64,000 nt of DNA from TPA_inf: Saccharomyces (Eukaryota). The notes under the pieces were generated by a model, which did not search any database, had not been told where the DNA came from, and was given only the letters and a program-made list of their open reading frames with translations. Both the position numbers and the translations under genes were made by a program. Positions 1 through 10,986 of the stretch are shown one piece after another (the first letter of the stretch is position 1; each line of letters starts with the position of its first letter). The stretch lies in NCBI GenBank assembly GCA_000146045.2, contig BK006939.2, positions 512,001-576,000 of the forward strand. The letters are read 5' to 3'.

Positions 1-106
<106 letters not shown>

Positions 107-743
107 TGCTCTATGTAATCACCTACTTCCCTACTCAACAAACTTATCATCTTTTTTTTCTCCCTTCCCTTTTTTTTTTGTCTTAAATACTAGTTATTAT
201 CCTTTGTAACCTAAATACTCGCTCTTATTGACAAAATGCAAACGTTTTTTGTTTTTAACTGTCAAGAGAAGTATCATTTTACTATTATTAGACTTCATTA
301 CTGAGTTTATTAGTTGCGTTTTTTTGAGGTCTCATTATTAACGGCAGAATGTTAGTTTTCGCGGAAAATAAACAAAATAGCACGGAAAAAAGACCAACAG
401 GTTCCAGGAAAATACTAATTTACAAAAAATTGACAAATCAAGTGAGGGTACCTTGCTATTCATCACCGCATTCAACTAACTGGAGGTACAAAGCTGATAA
501 AATTTCACAGAGCAAAGTCTCACTTAGCTTTTACTTTATGAAATTTGACCTTTAATAACCGAAGGTCATCGTAATACGCAACTCAGACAGTTTTAAGTGG
601 ATTTTTAGGGTCGCAATTAAAAACACTCAAAAATTAACCGGAGGTTGAGCAAGGGAAAGCAACCGTAACAGAAATCCTTTATTTCCTCCTGGAAGTGAAA
701 TAAAAACGCAGTTAACTTTAAAAAGGAAAGTTAGTTGATAATT

Positions 744-3700
744 ATGTCTGGAACTTTTCATGGCGATGGGCATGCTCCCATGTCGCCCTTTGAAGATACA
801 TTTCAATTTGAAGATAATAGCAGTAATGAAGATACACATATTGCACCTACCCATTTTGATGATGGTGCAACAAGCAACAAATACAGCCGGCCACAGGTCA
901 GCTTCAATGATGAAACACCCAAAAATAAACGTGAAGATGCAGAAGAATTCACATTTAACGATGACACAGAATATGACAATCATTCCTTTCAGCCAACACC
1001 GAAACTTAATAATGGATCTGGGACGTTTGATGATGTGGAATTAGACAATGATAGTGGTGAACCGCACACTAACTACGATGGTATGAAAAGATTCCGGATG
1101 GGTACAAAAAGGAATAAAAAAGGAAACCCAATAATGGGAAGATCTAAGACCTTGAAATGGGCTAGGAAGAACATTCCAAACCCATTTGAAGACTTTACGA
1201 AGGATGATATTGACCCTGGTGCCATAAATCGTGCGCAAGAACTAAGGACTGTGTATTACAATATGCCCTTACCAAAAGATATGATAGATGAAGAAGGCAA
1301 CCCCATTATGCAGTATCCTCGTAATAAAATCAGAACTACCAAATATACCCCGTTAACATTCTTACCAAAAAACATTCTATTTCAGTTTCATAATTTCGCC
1401 AACGTTTATTTCTTAGTTTTAATAATTTTAGGTGCATTTCAAATTTTTGGTGTCACGAACCCTGGTTTAAGTGCGGTTCCGTTAGTTGTCATTGTTATAA
1501 TCACTGCGATCAAGGATGCTATTGAAGACTCAAGAAGAACCGTCCTAGATTTAGAGGTGAATAATACCAAGACACATATTTTAGAAGGTGTTGAGAACGA
1601 AAATGTCTCAACCGATAATATTTCATTGTGGAGAAGGTTTAAGAAAGCAAACTCTAGACTCCTTTTCAAGTTTATACAATATTGTAAAGAACATTTAACT
1701 GAAGAGGGCAAAAAGAAGAGAATGCAGAGAAAGCGTCATGAACTAAGAGTACAAAAAACTGTTGGAACGAGTGGACCCAGATCCTCTCTAGACTCCATTG
1801 ACAGTTACAGAGTATCTGCAGATTATGGCCGTCCTTCATTGGATTATGATAATTTGGAACAAGGGGCCGGTGAAGCCAATATAGTTGATAGATCCCTACC
1901 ACCCAGAACTGATTGTAAATTTGCCAAGAATTATTGGAAAGGTGTCAAGGTTGGTGATATTGTTCGTATCCATAACAATGATGAAATCCCTGCTGACATT
2001 ATCTTACTTTCAACGTCGGATACAGATGGTGCCTGCTACGTAGAAACTAAAAATTTGGATGGTGAAACAAACTTAAAGGTACGCCAATCCTTGAAGTGTA
2101 CCAATACTATAAGAACGTCAAAAGATATTGCTAGAACAAAATTCTGGATCGAAAGTGAAGGGCCCCACTCAAATTTGTACACTTATCAAGGTAATATGAA
2201 ATGGAGAAATCTTGCAGATGGCGAGATACGAAATGAGCCAATTACTATTAATAACGTTCTGCTTCGTGGTTGCACTCTTAGAAATACTAAGTGGGCAATG
2301 GGTGTTGTAATGTTTACCGGTGGTGACACAAAAATCATGTTAAACTCTGGCATTACACCCACCAAGAAGTCCAGGATTTCAAGAGAACTAAACTTCTCTG
2401 TGGTGATAAATTTCGTGCTACTTTTCATCTTATGTTTTGTTTCTGGTATTGCAAATGGTGTATATTACGACAAAAAAGGCAGATCACGGTTTTCCTATGA
2501 ATTTGGAACAATTGCTGGGTCAGCGGCGACAAACGGTTTCGTCTCATTTTGGGTTGCTGTTATTCTTTACCAATCTTTAGTCCCAATCTCTTTGTACATT
2601 TCTGTGGAGATCATCAAAACTGCACAAGCGGCCTTCATTTACGGAGACGTTTTACTCTACAATGCCAAATTGGATTATCCTTGTACACCAAAATCCTGGA
2701 ATATTTCTGACGATTTAGGTCAAGTGGAATATATATTTTCTGATAAAACAGGTACATTAACTCAAAATGTAATGGAGTTTAAAAAATGTACTATCAATGG
2801 TGTTTCATATGGAAGAGCTTACACCGAAGCGTTAGCGGGATTAAGAAAAAGACAAGGTATCGACGTCGAAACCGAAGGTAGGCGTGAGAAGGCCGAAATT
2901 GCCAAGGATAGGGATACAATGATCGATGAACTGAGAGCTTTATCAGGAAATTCACAATTTTATCCCGAAGAAGTTACCTTTGTATCAAAGGAGTTCGTTC
3001 GCGATTTGAAAGGGGCTAGTGGTGAAGTACAACAAAGATGCTGTGAGCACTTTATGTTAGCATTAGCTTTATGTCACTCCGTCCTTGTAGAAGCAAACCC
3101 GGACAATCCAAAAAAACTGGATTTAAAAGCTCAATCTCCAGACGAAGCAGCGTTAGTAGCCACAGCTAGAGATGTAGGATTCAGTTTTGTTGGAAAAACC
3201 AAAAAAGGGTTGATAATTGAAATGCAAGGTATTCAAAAAGAATTTGAGATTCTAAATATTTTGGAGTTTAATTCATCGAGAAAAAGAATGTCCTGTATTG
3301 TCAAAATTCCGGGTCTGAACCCAGGGGACGAGCCTAGAGCACTTTTAATTTGTAAAGGTGCAGATTCCATTATATACTCAAGATTAAGTCGCCAGAGTGG
3401 TAGCAATAGTGAAGCTATTTTGGAAAAAACTGCTTTGCATTTAGAGCAGTACGCTACTGAAGGTTTAAGAACGTTATGCATAGCTCAAAGGGAGTTAAGT
3501 TGGTCTGAATACGAAAAATGGAACGAAAAGTACGATATTGCTGCTGCATCATTAGCAAACAGAGAGGATGAATTAGAAGTTGTTGCAGATTCCATTGAAC
3601 GCGAATTGATATTATTGGGCGGTACAGCTATCGAAGATCGTTTACAAGATGGTGTTCCGGATTGTATAGAGTTGCTTGCAGAGGCAGGAATTAAATTATG

Positions 3701-5459
3701 GGTTCTTACGGGTGATAAAGTTGAAACAGCTATAAACATTGGATTTTCTTGCAACCTTTTGAATAATGAAATGGAATTGTTAGTTATTAAAACAACTGGT
3801 GATGACGTGAAAGAATTCGGATCAGAACCAAGTGAAATTGTGGATGCTTTACTCTCCAAATACTTGAAGGAGTATTTCAACTTAACCGGTTCAGAAGAAG
3901 AGATTTTTGAAGCTAAAAAGGATCACGAATTTCCGAAGGGTAATTACGCCATCGTTATCGATGGTGATGCTTTGAAATTGGCGCTATATGGTGAAGATAT
4001 AAGAAGAAAGTTTCTTTTACTCTGCAAGAATTGTAGAGCTGTCTTATGCTGTAGAGTATCTCCATCTCAAAAAGCAGCCGTTGTTAAGTTAGTCAAGGAT
4101 TCTCTAGATGTCATGACACTAGCCATCGGCGATGGTTCCAACGACGTCGCCATGATTCAATCTGCGGATGTTGGTATTGGTATTGCCGGTGAAGAAGGTC
4201 GACAAGCTGTTATGTGCTCAGACTACGCCATTGGACAATTCAGATATTTGGCTAGATTGGTCCTCGTTCACGGTAGGTGGTCTTATAAGAGACTGGCAGA
4301 AATGATTCCTGAGTTTTTTTACAAAAACATGATTTTTGCTTTGGCATTGTTCTGGTATGGTATCTATAATGATTTTGATGGGTCTTACCTGTATGAATAC
4401 ACATACATGATGTTCTATAATTTGGCATTTACATCCCTACCAGTCATCTTCTTAGGTATTCTGGACCAGGACGTGAATGACACAATATCATTAGTGGTCC
4501 CTCAGTTATACCGTGTTGGAATTTTAAGGAAAGAATGGAACCAAAGAAAGTTCTTATGGTATATGTTGGACGGATTATATCAGTCTATTATCTGTTTTTT
4601 TTTCCCTTACTTGGTTTATCACAAAAATATGATAGTTACGAGCAATGGGTTAGGATTGGATCATCGTTATTTTGTCGGTGTTTATGTGACCACTATTGCT
4701 GTAATTTCGTGTAACACATATGTTTTATTACACCAATATAGATGGGATTGGTTTAGTGGATTATTCATTGCACTGTCTTGCCTCGTAGTTTTTGCATGGA
4801 CGGGAATATGGTCTTCTGCGATAGCTAGTAGAGAATTTTTCAAAGCTGCAGCGCGTATCTATGGAGCACCTTCATTTTGGGCTGTTTTCTTTGTTGCCGT
4901 GCTGTTCTGCTTACTGCCCCGTTTCACATATGACAGTTTTCAAAAATTTTTCTACCCAACTGATGTGGAAATAGTAAGAGAGATGTGGCAACATGGCCAT
5001 TTCGATCATTATCCTCCTGGTTACGATCCAACAGATCCCAACAGACCCAAGGTCACAAAAGCTGGGCAACACGGAGAGAAGATTATAGAAGGCATAGCAC
5101 TTTCCGACAACTTAGGAGGATCGAACTATTCAAGGGATAGTGTTGTCACAGAGGAGATTCCAATGACTTTCATGCACGGTGAAGATGGAAGTCCTAGCGG
5201 ATATCAGAAGCAAGAAACCTGGATGACTTCACCCAAGGAAACACAAGATCTTCTTCAATCGCCCCAATTTCAGCAGGCCCAAACGTTCGGAAGAGGCCCA
5301 TCAACCAACGTCAGGTCATCCTTGGACCGCACAAGAGAACAGATGATCGCCACTAACCAACTAGATAACCGCTACTCTGTGGAAAGAGCGAGAACATCTC
5401 TAGATCTACCAGGCGTAACTAACGCAGCCTCCTTAATCGGAACACAACAGAACAATTAA
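744..5459 (+). CDS. DNF1: P4-type ATPase, an aminophospholipid flippase, 1571 aa.
   Basis: Track ORF 735..5459 begins at TTG; the first ATG is at 744, giving MSGTFHGDGH. P-type ATPase motifs are present: DKTGTLT (FSDKTGTLTQN), TGDKVETAINIG and GDGSNDV. There are about 10 transmembrane segments. The length and the downstream BCK2 neighbour point to DNF1 rather than DNF2. Confidence 0.95.
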   Translation: MSGTFHGDGHAPMSPFEDTFQFEDNSSNEDTHIAPTHFDDGATSNKYSRPQVSFNDETPKNKREDAEEFTFNDDTEYDNHSFQPTPKLNNGSGTFDDVELDNDSGEPHTNYDGMKRFRMGTKRNKKGNPIMGRSKTLKWARKNIPNPFEDFTKDDIDPGAINRAQELRTVYYNMPLPKDMIDEEGNPIMQYPRNKIRTTKYTPLTFLPKNILFQFHNFANVYFLVLIILGAFQIFGVTNPGLSAVPLVVIVIITAIKDAIEDSRRTVLDLEVNNTKTHILEGVENENVSTDNISLWRRFKKANSRLLFKFIQYCKEHLTEEGKKKRMQRKRHELRVQKTVGTSGPRSSLDSIDSYRVSADYGRPSLDYDNLEQGAGEANIVDRSLPPRTDCKFAKNYWKGVKVGDIVRIHNNDEIPADIILLSTSDTDGACYVETKNLDGETNLKVRQSLKCTNTIRTSKDIARTKFWIESEGPHSNLYTYQGNMKWRNLADGEIRNEPITINNVLLRGCTLRNTKWAMGVVMFTGGDTKIMLNSGITPTKKSRISRELNFSVVINFVLLFILCFVSGIANGVYYDKKGRSRFSYEFGTIAGSAATNGFVSFWVAVILYQSLVPISLYISVEIIKTAQAAFIYGDVLLYNAKLDYPCTPKSWNISDDLGQVEYIFSDKTGTLTQNVMEFKKCTINGVSYGRAYTEALAGLRKRQGIDVETEGRREKAEIAKDRDTMIDELRALSGNSQFYPEEVTFVSKEFVRDLKGASGEVQQRCCEHFMLALALCHSVLVEANPDNPKKLDLKAQSPDEAALVATARDVGFSFVGKTKKGLIIEMQGIQKEFEILNILEFNSSRKRMSCIVKIPGLNPGDEPRALLICKGADSIIYSRLSRQSGSNSEAILEKTALHLEQYATEGLRTLCIAQRELSWSEYEKWNEKYDIAAASLANREDELEVVADSIERELILLGGTAIEDRLQDGVPDCIELLAEAGIKLWVLTGDKVETAINIGFSCNLLNNEMELLVIKTTGDDVKEFGSEPSEIVDALLSKYLKEYFNLTGSEEEIFEAKKDHEFPKGNYAIVIDGDALKLALYGEDIRRKFLLLCKNCRAVLCCRVSPSQKAAVVKLVKDSLDVMTLAIGDGSNDVAMIQSADVGIGIAGEEGRQAVMCSDYAIGQFRYLARLVLVHGRWSYKRLAEMIPEFFYKNMIFALALFWYGIYNDFDGSYLYEYTYMMFYNLAFTSLPVIFLGILDQDVNDTISLVVPQLYRVGILRKEWNQRKFLWYMLDGLYQSIICFFFPYLVYHKNMIVTSNGLGLDHRYFVGVYVTTIAVISCNTYVLLHQYRWDWFSGLFIALSCLVVFAWTGIWSSAIASREFFKAAARIYGAPSFWAVFFVAVLFCLLPRFTYDSFQKFFYPTDVEIVREMWQHGHFDHYPPGYDPTDPNRPKVTKAGQHGEKIIEGIALSDNLGGSNYSRDSVVTEEIPMTFMHGEDGSPSGYQKQETWMTSPKETQDLLQSPQFQQAQTFGRGPSTNVRSSLDRTREQMIATNQLDNRYSVERARTSLDLPGVTNAASLIGTQQNN

Positions 5460-5534
5460 TAATGATATCCGAACCATAGCTGATGGAACTCCGCTTTTCA
5501 CTGTATATATAATATTACATAATATTACTGGATA

Positions 5535-5570
5535 AGCCTTAGAAGCCTTAGAAGCCTTAGAAGCCTTGGA
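5535..5570 (+). repeat. Four copies of a 9-nt unit (AAGCCTTAG x3 followed by AAGCCTTGG) in the DNF1 3' flank.
   Basis: Read directly from the sequence: AAGCCTTAGAAGCCTTAGAAGCCTTAGAAGCCTTGG. Confidence 0.85.
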
Positions 5571-6215
5571 ATTCATGCATACTACAGCGTTAACTCTTTC
5601 TTTTAGCAAGTTTTAGTAGCGGACGTGTGGGTTTCTTTGTTCTATAATTAACACTCCCGGTTAACCCGGATCGCTATTATTCAAGGACGCACAATGGTGG
5701 GCTAATTTTTTCTTCCGATGGAAAACTGACGCCAGCACTTTCCAGCGCTGGGAACTCTCCACTAACTGGCAAAAAAATTGATTAAGGTCATGATCAAAGG
5801 AATTTTTGAAATGTTGTAAAGTAGAGTTAAGAATTAATCAAGCCGTGATACGTATGTTTTTGACTAGGTGAGAGACTATATTTATCAAAAATAGTTTTTT
5901 ATACTAACAGAAAGTTTATTATATCATAGAAATCCTAGGCCTATTGTTATTATTTGCGTGAAAAAAGGTTCATGCCTAGTTATTCAGGATATTAATCAGG
6001 CATAGTCATAGTTTTGTAATACACGTCTTTCACTCCTATTTCCGGTTAACATTCGCTAATATCCATCAAATTATTGACTTTTTTTTCAGTGGATTTGTTG
6101 TTAATAAAGGAAACAATCAGATCAGCCATTTAGGGAAGTCTTTTAAGAAAGCTCAGAAGGAGATCTAAGACAAGAAGCAAGGCAGTCTTGATTTATCGCT
6201 CAAAACCAATAGCAC

Positions 6216-8771
6216 ATGCCGAAGAATAGTCACCACCATCGTTCCAGTTCGGTTAATTCCACAAAGAGTCGTTCTACGGAATCTACGAATAAATGGAAAA
6301 TTCCGCACTATTATCGCAGATCCGCTAGCGGCAGCACACAAGCTTCGCCGGACAGGAACTCCTCAACAGGCTCATGTAGCACTCCAGTATTACCTACTAT
6401 GAATGTTATGTCTAGCCCGAAAAAAGTTTTGCTAGAGGATCCCAGAGACAACCATACTAAGGCGAAGAAGAGTAGTAGAAAGAAATCAGGTGAAATGGTC
6501 TTCGTCAATTATACTGTACAGGACACGGCTAACGAAAATGATACTGACTTGCAAACCCAGCCGGTTTCTGTGCCAGCACCAAAGGCGAAATTAAAGAAGA
6601 AATCCTCCAAAAGGAGAATGCTGAAGATATTTGGATCGTCAAAGAACGAACACATAGAGGACATCGTTGAAGAGCAACCAATGGTGCTTCAAATGGATTC
6701 AGAATCTAAACCCCTTTCGGGAACCCCTATCTCAGAAAGCGGAATCGACGCCTCGTCACTAACAACCAAAAGATCTTATAACTCGTTCTTAAAACACAAT
6801 AGGCTAAACGGTAAAACTCCGTTCTCTGGAAACTTGTCCTTTCCATCATTAAACATGATGGGTAACACTACTGATCTGCCTATTGACAATAACGATTTTT
6901 GTTCCGAGAAAGAAGTCGTTCCGAAATCAACTCATGATCCTTCACTAGCAAAACCGCCATCAAGGTTCACTGAAAGCGAAACAAATTCTACTCCCAACTT
7001 ATCAAGTATACCTCTCATGAACACAAAAAATACAAGATTGAAGTACAATAAAGTGGCGCCTCAGAGTTCAGACCGACAAAAGTCACAGGAAAGTGGGCTA
7101 TATCATTCTACCGAATCATTCAACTTCAAAGATCAAAACTACAGTAACAATAAATCCTCTTTAAGTCTGAACTCCGATTTAAGTACACCCCACTTTGCAA
7201 AGCATTCACCTGATTCACCAAGAACTTCAAGATCTTTCAACTGCGGAGACTCACAAAGTAAAGTTAAATTACCGGAAGAAAATGACGCTTCTATTGCATT
7301 TAGTAAGATGTTTACTAGAAAACGAGCCAACACTGGCGGGTCCACGTGTTCGCTAGCCTCACCCACTATTGCACAAACTATTCAGCAATCAAATATAAAA
7401 GTTAATAAATTGCCAACTCAGCGAACCACTTCAGTTGGCTCATTATCATCCATGTCAAATCGTTATTCACCAATAAGAGTTGCATCGCCAGGAAGAGCAA
7501 GATCCGCAACTCGTGGGTCTTCCCTTTATAGATTATCCAGAGACCTTAATTCTTTACCAAGCGTCACTGATCTACCAGAAATGGATAGTACAACCCCAGT
7601 TAACGAAATATTCTTGGATGGCCAACCACAGCATAAAAGTGGCAGTGTCAAAGGAGGGCATAGGAAGAAACAAGAATCTATCTCTGATGCTCAAAGAATT
7701 CAACATTCTAATTCGTACATTACAACACCTTCATCTTCTCTGGTGACTCCTCCTTACTACATGACAGGTTACACATTACCAAGTTCTGCATCTGCTTCTT
7801 CAACTCCAAATGTGCTTGAAACACACAATATGAACTTTGTTCCAAGTACCAGTACTGTTACAAGTTATCGCCCATCTAGCAATTTTTCCTCATTTGACAA
7901 AGAATACAGTAACGAAAACGACGCTAGTGGGGAATTCTCTGCTTTCAATACTCCAATGGAGAATATACCGGCACTAAAAGGTATACCTAGATCCACGTTA
8001 GAAGAAAATGAAGAAGAGGATGTCCTAGTACAAGATATTCCGAATACGGCACACTTCCAAAGAAGGGATATTATGGGGATGGATACTCACAGAAAGGATG
8101 ACAGTTTAGATTTTAACTCTTTGATGCCACACGGTAGTACAACTAGTAGCAGCATCGTAGATTCTGTTATGACGAACTCAATATCCACTACAACAAGCAA
8201 CGCGACCGGAAACTACTTTCAAGATCAAGATAAGTATACATTGGTAAATACGGGATTGGGATTGAGTGATGCAAACCTCGATCATTTTATTAGATCTCAA
8301 TGGAAACACGCTTCTCGATCAGAATCCAATAATAATACCGGAAATCGCGTTTCTTACAGTGGCTCAACACCAAACAATGTTGATACAACAAAGACTAATT
8401 TGCAAGTGTATACCGAGTTCGATTTTGAAAACCCAGAGTCGTTTTTCCATGAGCAATCGAAGCTACTAGGTGAGATGGGCCACAGCAATAACAACAGCAA
8501 CAGCGCCATCAACATGAATGAACCCAAGTCTGCGGATACATACATTGGAAATATATCTCCGGATACTTCAGCAACTGTTTCATTAGGCGACCTGATGGGC
8601 TCAAACGTTTCAAACAACAGTGAAAGAAATTTTTACGATGGTCATACTTTCGTTCCACAGTATCAGGCGAACTCATCTGTGGAAAACTCAAATAATCAAA
8701 ATGCAGCACCAATTGCAAATAACGACATTGATAATAATTTACAGTCTTTTTATTTTGATAATAGCAACTAA
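6216..8771 (+). CDS. BCK2: Ser/Thr/Asn-rich G1 progression regulator, 851 aa.
   Basis: ATG-initiated 851-aa ORF with extreme S/T/N low complexity. Its size and position between DNF1 and CCA1 fit BCK2. Confidence 0.88.
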   Translation: MPKNSHHHRSSSVNSTKSRSTESTNKWKIPHYYRRSASGSTQASPDRNSSTGSCSTPVLPTMNVMSSPKKVLLEDPRDNHTKAKKSSRKKSGEMVFVNYTVQDTANENDTDLQTQPVSVPAPKAKLKKKSSKRRMLKIFGSSKNEHIEDIVEEQPMVLQMDSESKPLSGTPISESGIDASSLTTKRSYNSFLKHNRLNGKTPFSGNLSFPSLNMMGNTTDLPIDNNDFCSEKEVVPKSTHDPSLAKPPSRFTESETNSTPNLSSIPLMNTKNTRLKYNKVAPQSSDRQKSQESGLYHSTESFNFKDQNYSNNKSSLSLNSDLSTPHFAKHSPDSPRTSRSFNCGDSQSKVKLPEENDASIAFSKMFTRKRANTGGSTCSLASPTIAQTIQQSNIKVNKLPTQRTTSVGSLSSMSNRYSPIRVASPGRARSATRGSSLYRLSRDLNSLPSVTDLPEMDSTTPVNEIFLDGQPQHKSGSVKGGHRKKQESISDAQRIQHSNSYITTPSSSLVTPPYYMTGYTLPSSASASSTPNVLETHNMNFVPSTSTVTSYRPSSNFSSFDKEYSNENDASGEFSAFNTPMENIPALKGIPRSTLEENEEEDVLVQDIPNTAHFQRRDIMGMDTHRKDDSLDFNSLMPHGSTTSSSIVDSVMTNSISTTTSNATGNYFQDQDKYTLVNTGLGLSDANLDHFIRSQWKHASRSESNNNTGNRVSYSGSTPNNVDTTKTNLQVYTEFDFENPESFFHEQSKLLGEMGHSNNNSNSAINMNEPKSADTYIGNISPDTSATVSLGDLMGSNVSNNSERNFYDGHTFVPQYQANSSVENSNNQNAAPIANNDIDNNLQSFYFDNSN

Positions 8772-9028
8772 AAAAGGAATGAAAAAAAAAAAAAAAAGTT
8801 CAAAAATAGTAACAGATATCTTTCGAAAAAGTTAAAAACTGGTAAAAAATTTTGAATAGAGTATATAAAAACTAATAAATATGTTTAGTTATCATACACC
8901 ATAGAATAACTACTAGAGATATTATTTCATTTTCGTTTTCATTTTTTTTATTTTTTTCTTTTCAATAAGGTAACAGAAAGTTATTTATGCATTCTTGTTC
9001 TACATGTCTTATGTATACTAATAAGCTA

Positions 9029-10669
9029 CTACAGGTATTTTGGTAGTATGGCTTTTAAATGAGTTATTAATTCTTGATCAGTCCCTGTAGGATTATCAAA
9101 CTGCCACCTAATCGCTTCGTTATTAATTTTACCCAGCCATGGACCTGGCTTCATTTGAAGTAGTTTTGCCATTTGTTTTCCGTCCACTATTGGTTTTAGT
9201 TCATGACAATTATTCAAATTATTGTCAAATATGTAAGAATAAAATTCATTGTAATTTTGGAAAAGTAATTCAATTTTTTTAGTTTCAAGCTTGGGAATCT
9301 TTAAAAATGCATCTGATAGAGATGCAAAATGTGCTGTTTCCCATTCGCCATTAAAGTTCCGTAGAAATATACCGATTTCGGATTTTTTTAGCTGGGAACG
9401 ATCTGCAAACTTAGCAAGTATTTCCTCATATGAACATATTGAATCTACGGTCTTGGCAATAACTGCTGCATCATTTTTACTCAGCTTCAATCCTTCCTTC
9501 ACAATGCTTTCTGTCACCGAAACCAGGTTGTTAATTTTCTTCTTTGGGTTCCCGATTATTTGTAAATTAGCCATGGGGGACAGGATCGCACTCAATATAA
9601 AATTTTGCTGAAATCCTGGCGAACGACCAATTTTTTCCCTTAAGATAGGAAGCTTCTCTAAAAACATTGGATATAATTCAATAAAACTTTTCAAGTGTGA
9701 GTTTAGTATGTTATCATTGTATACATGATTAATTTTGTCCATATCTTGACAATTCTCTTCGTTGAATTTTACGACGGAGCTATCATTATGCCAAAAAAAG
9801 ATAACATTTTCAAGATGAGCCCTTTGAATCAGCTGCAAAGCCAATAAAGGGGTTGGTCCTACTAATATTTTCTCCATCTCCACACCAACTCGCTCTCTAG
9901 AAATTTTTGAATTGAATGCAACATTAATCTGAGGATCGCCCATTTCAGCCATCACTTCCGGATCTATGGTAAAGTTGAATCTAGAAGCAAAACGGATCAA
10001 CCTCAAAACCCTCAAGGGATCATCCAAAAATGTTTGTTTTGCAGGAAGCGGAGTACGGAGAACGCCATCTTTTAGATCTTGCAGACCTCTCTTGGTGAAA
10101 TCTTCCACTTCACCTTTATGAATGTTATAGAAAAGAGCGTTCAATGTAGCATCCCTTCTTAAAGCGTCTTCCTCGGGTGTGCCAAAGCACACTTTAGGTA
10201 TCCTGGAAAGTTCAGTATACTTTTCAGATCTTAAATTGACAAAATCCACTTCAACGCCAAAGAGCTTAGTAGTGGCAGTTTCCAGATGCTTGGATTTCTC
10301 GGGATTCTTGTCAATCTTGTGGATATTATGAGGCTTGGCTCCATATTTGGCGTAATGTTGTTGCAAATACTCGTTCAAACCAGTAGCAAATTGCTCACCT
10401 GACATCACATTGATGGCAATATCCAAGTCGTGAGAACCTTGTCCCAGAAGCTTGTCACGCACCCATCCGCCCGTGATCCGAAGAGTCAATGGCTCAGGCT
10501 TATTGTGGTACTTTTGATTGTACAAGTCTGTATAATCGTTCAGCAAGTTACAGATGTTCTGTTCCACTTTGGTTAAGGTGATTTTGGGTGCATTTAGAAC
10601 AAAATTAGAATTCGTCATCGTTTTCTGAGCAGCACTATTCATCAGTAGAGATATAGTAGACCGTAGCAT
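9029..10669 (-). CDS. CCA1: tRNA nucleotidyltransferase (CCA-adding enzyme), 546 aa.
   Basis: The track ORF starts at GTG (10675); the first ATG is at 10669, giving MLRSTISLLMNSAAQKTMTNS. The GGWVRDKLLG...DLDIAI motif is the pol-beta-type nucleotidyltransferase signature. In-frame Met1, Met10 and Met18 are all present. Confidence 0.93.
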   Translation of the reverse strand: MLRSTISLLMNSAAQKTMTNSNFVLNAPKITLTKVEQNICNLLNDYTDLYNQKYHNKPEPLTLRITGGWVRDKLLGQGSHDLDIAINVMSGEQFATGLNEYLQQHYAKYGAKPHNIHKIDKNPEKSKHLETATTKLFGVEVDFVNLRSEKYTELSRIPKVCFGTPEEDALRRDATLNALFYNIHKGEVEDFTKRGLQDLKDGVLRTPLPAKQTFLDDPLRVLRLIRFASRFNFTIDPEVMAEMGDPQINVAFNSKISRERVGVEMEKILVGPTPLLALQLIQRAHLENVIFFWHNDSSVVKFNEENCQDMDKINHVYNDNILNSHLKSFIELYPMFLEKLPILREKIGRSPGFQQNFILSAILSPMANLQIIGNPKKKINNLVSVTESIVKEGLKLSKNDAAVIAKTVDSICSYEEILAKFADRSQLKKSEIGIFLRNFNGEWETAHFASLSDAFLKIPKLETKKIELLFQNYNEFYSYIFDNNLNNCHELKPIVDGKQMAKLLQMKPGPWLGKINNEAIRWQFDNPTGTDQELITHLKAILPKYL

Positions 10670-10815
10670 ACACAAAAAAAGCCCTTATAACCCACGGATA
10701 CGAATTAATCTCGAGGGAAGCGTTGCGATGTATTATGTAGTTTCCTTTAGTACATTGTTAATATGGTAGATTTTTGCGATTCATTTTTCAACTTTTCAAC
10801 CCTAACGAATGTTTT

Positions 10816-10849
10816 TTAGGGCTGAGTAACGACAAGAACACAACCCTAA
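10816..10849. promoter_or_regulatory. Inverted pair of Tbf1-type sites, TTAGGGCT (10816-10823) and AACCCTAA (10842-10849), in the CCA1/RPH1 divergent promoter.
   Basis: Both fit the ARCCCTAA consensus. The two arms TTTTTAGGG / CCCTAAAAA form a hairpin-capable inverted repeat with an 18-nt spacer. Confidence 0.35.
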
Positions 10850-10970
10850 AAATCAGATGACCTAAGGGTTTGGTGAATCGAGAAAGTATGCCCTATTTCC
10901 CCCGCCCATACACCCCATAAGCCTTAACCGCAGCCCTCCTCTCCCCTAAACGTTTCTTTTTCTTTTTCCA

Positions 10971-10986
10971 TTTTTTTTTTTTTTTT
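10971..10986 (+). repeat. T16 poly(dA:dT) tract in the CCA1/RPH1 divergent promoter.
   Basis: Read directly from the sequence. Such tracts are typical nucleosome-excluding promoter elements. Confidence 0.85.

Noticed and set aside
735-743. N-terminal extensions in the ORF track for DNF1, CCA1, RPH1, RAD3, BRR2, TMT1, BMH1 and PDA1.
   Set aside because: The track initiates at TTG/GTG codons. In each case the first ATG downstream reproduces the known protein N-terminus, so the extensions were trimmed.
627-1238. Minus-strand and alternate-frame ORFs (627..983 -, 760..1044 +, 1041..1238 -) over the DNF1 5' region.
   Set aside because: They are entirely nested within or antisense to the strongly supported DNF1 CDS. 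Their compositions are hydrophobic or low-complexity, which is typical of shadow ORFs.
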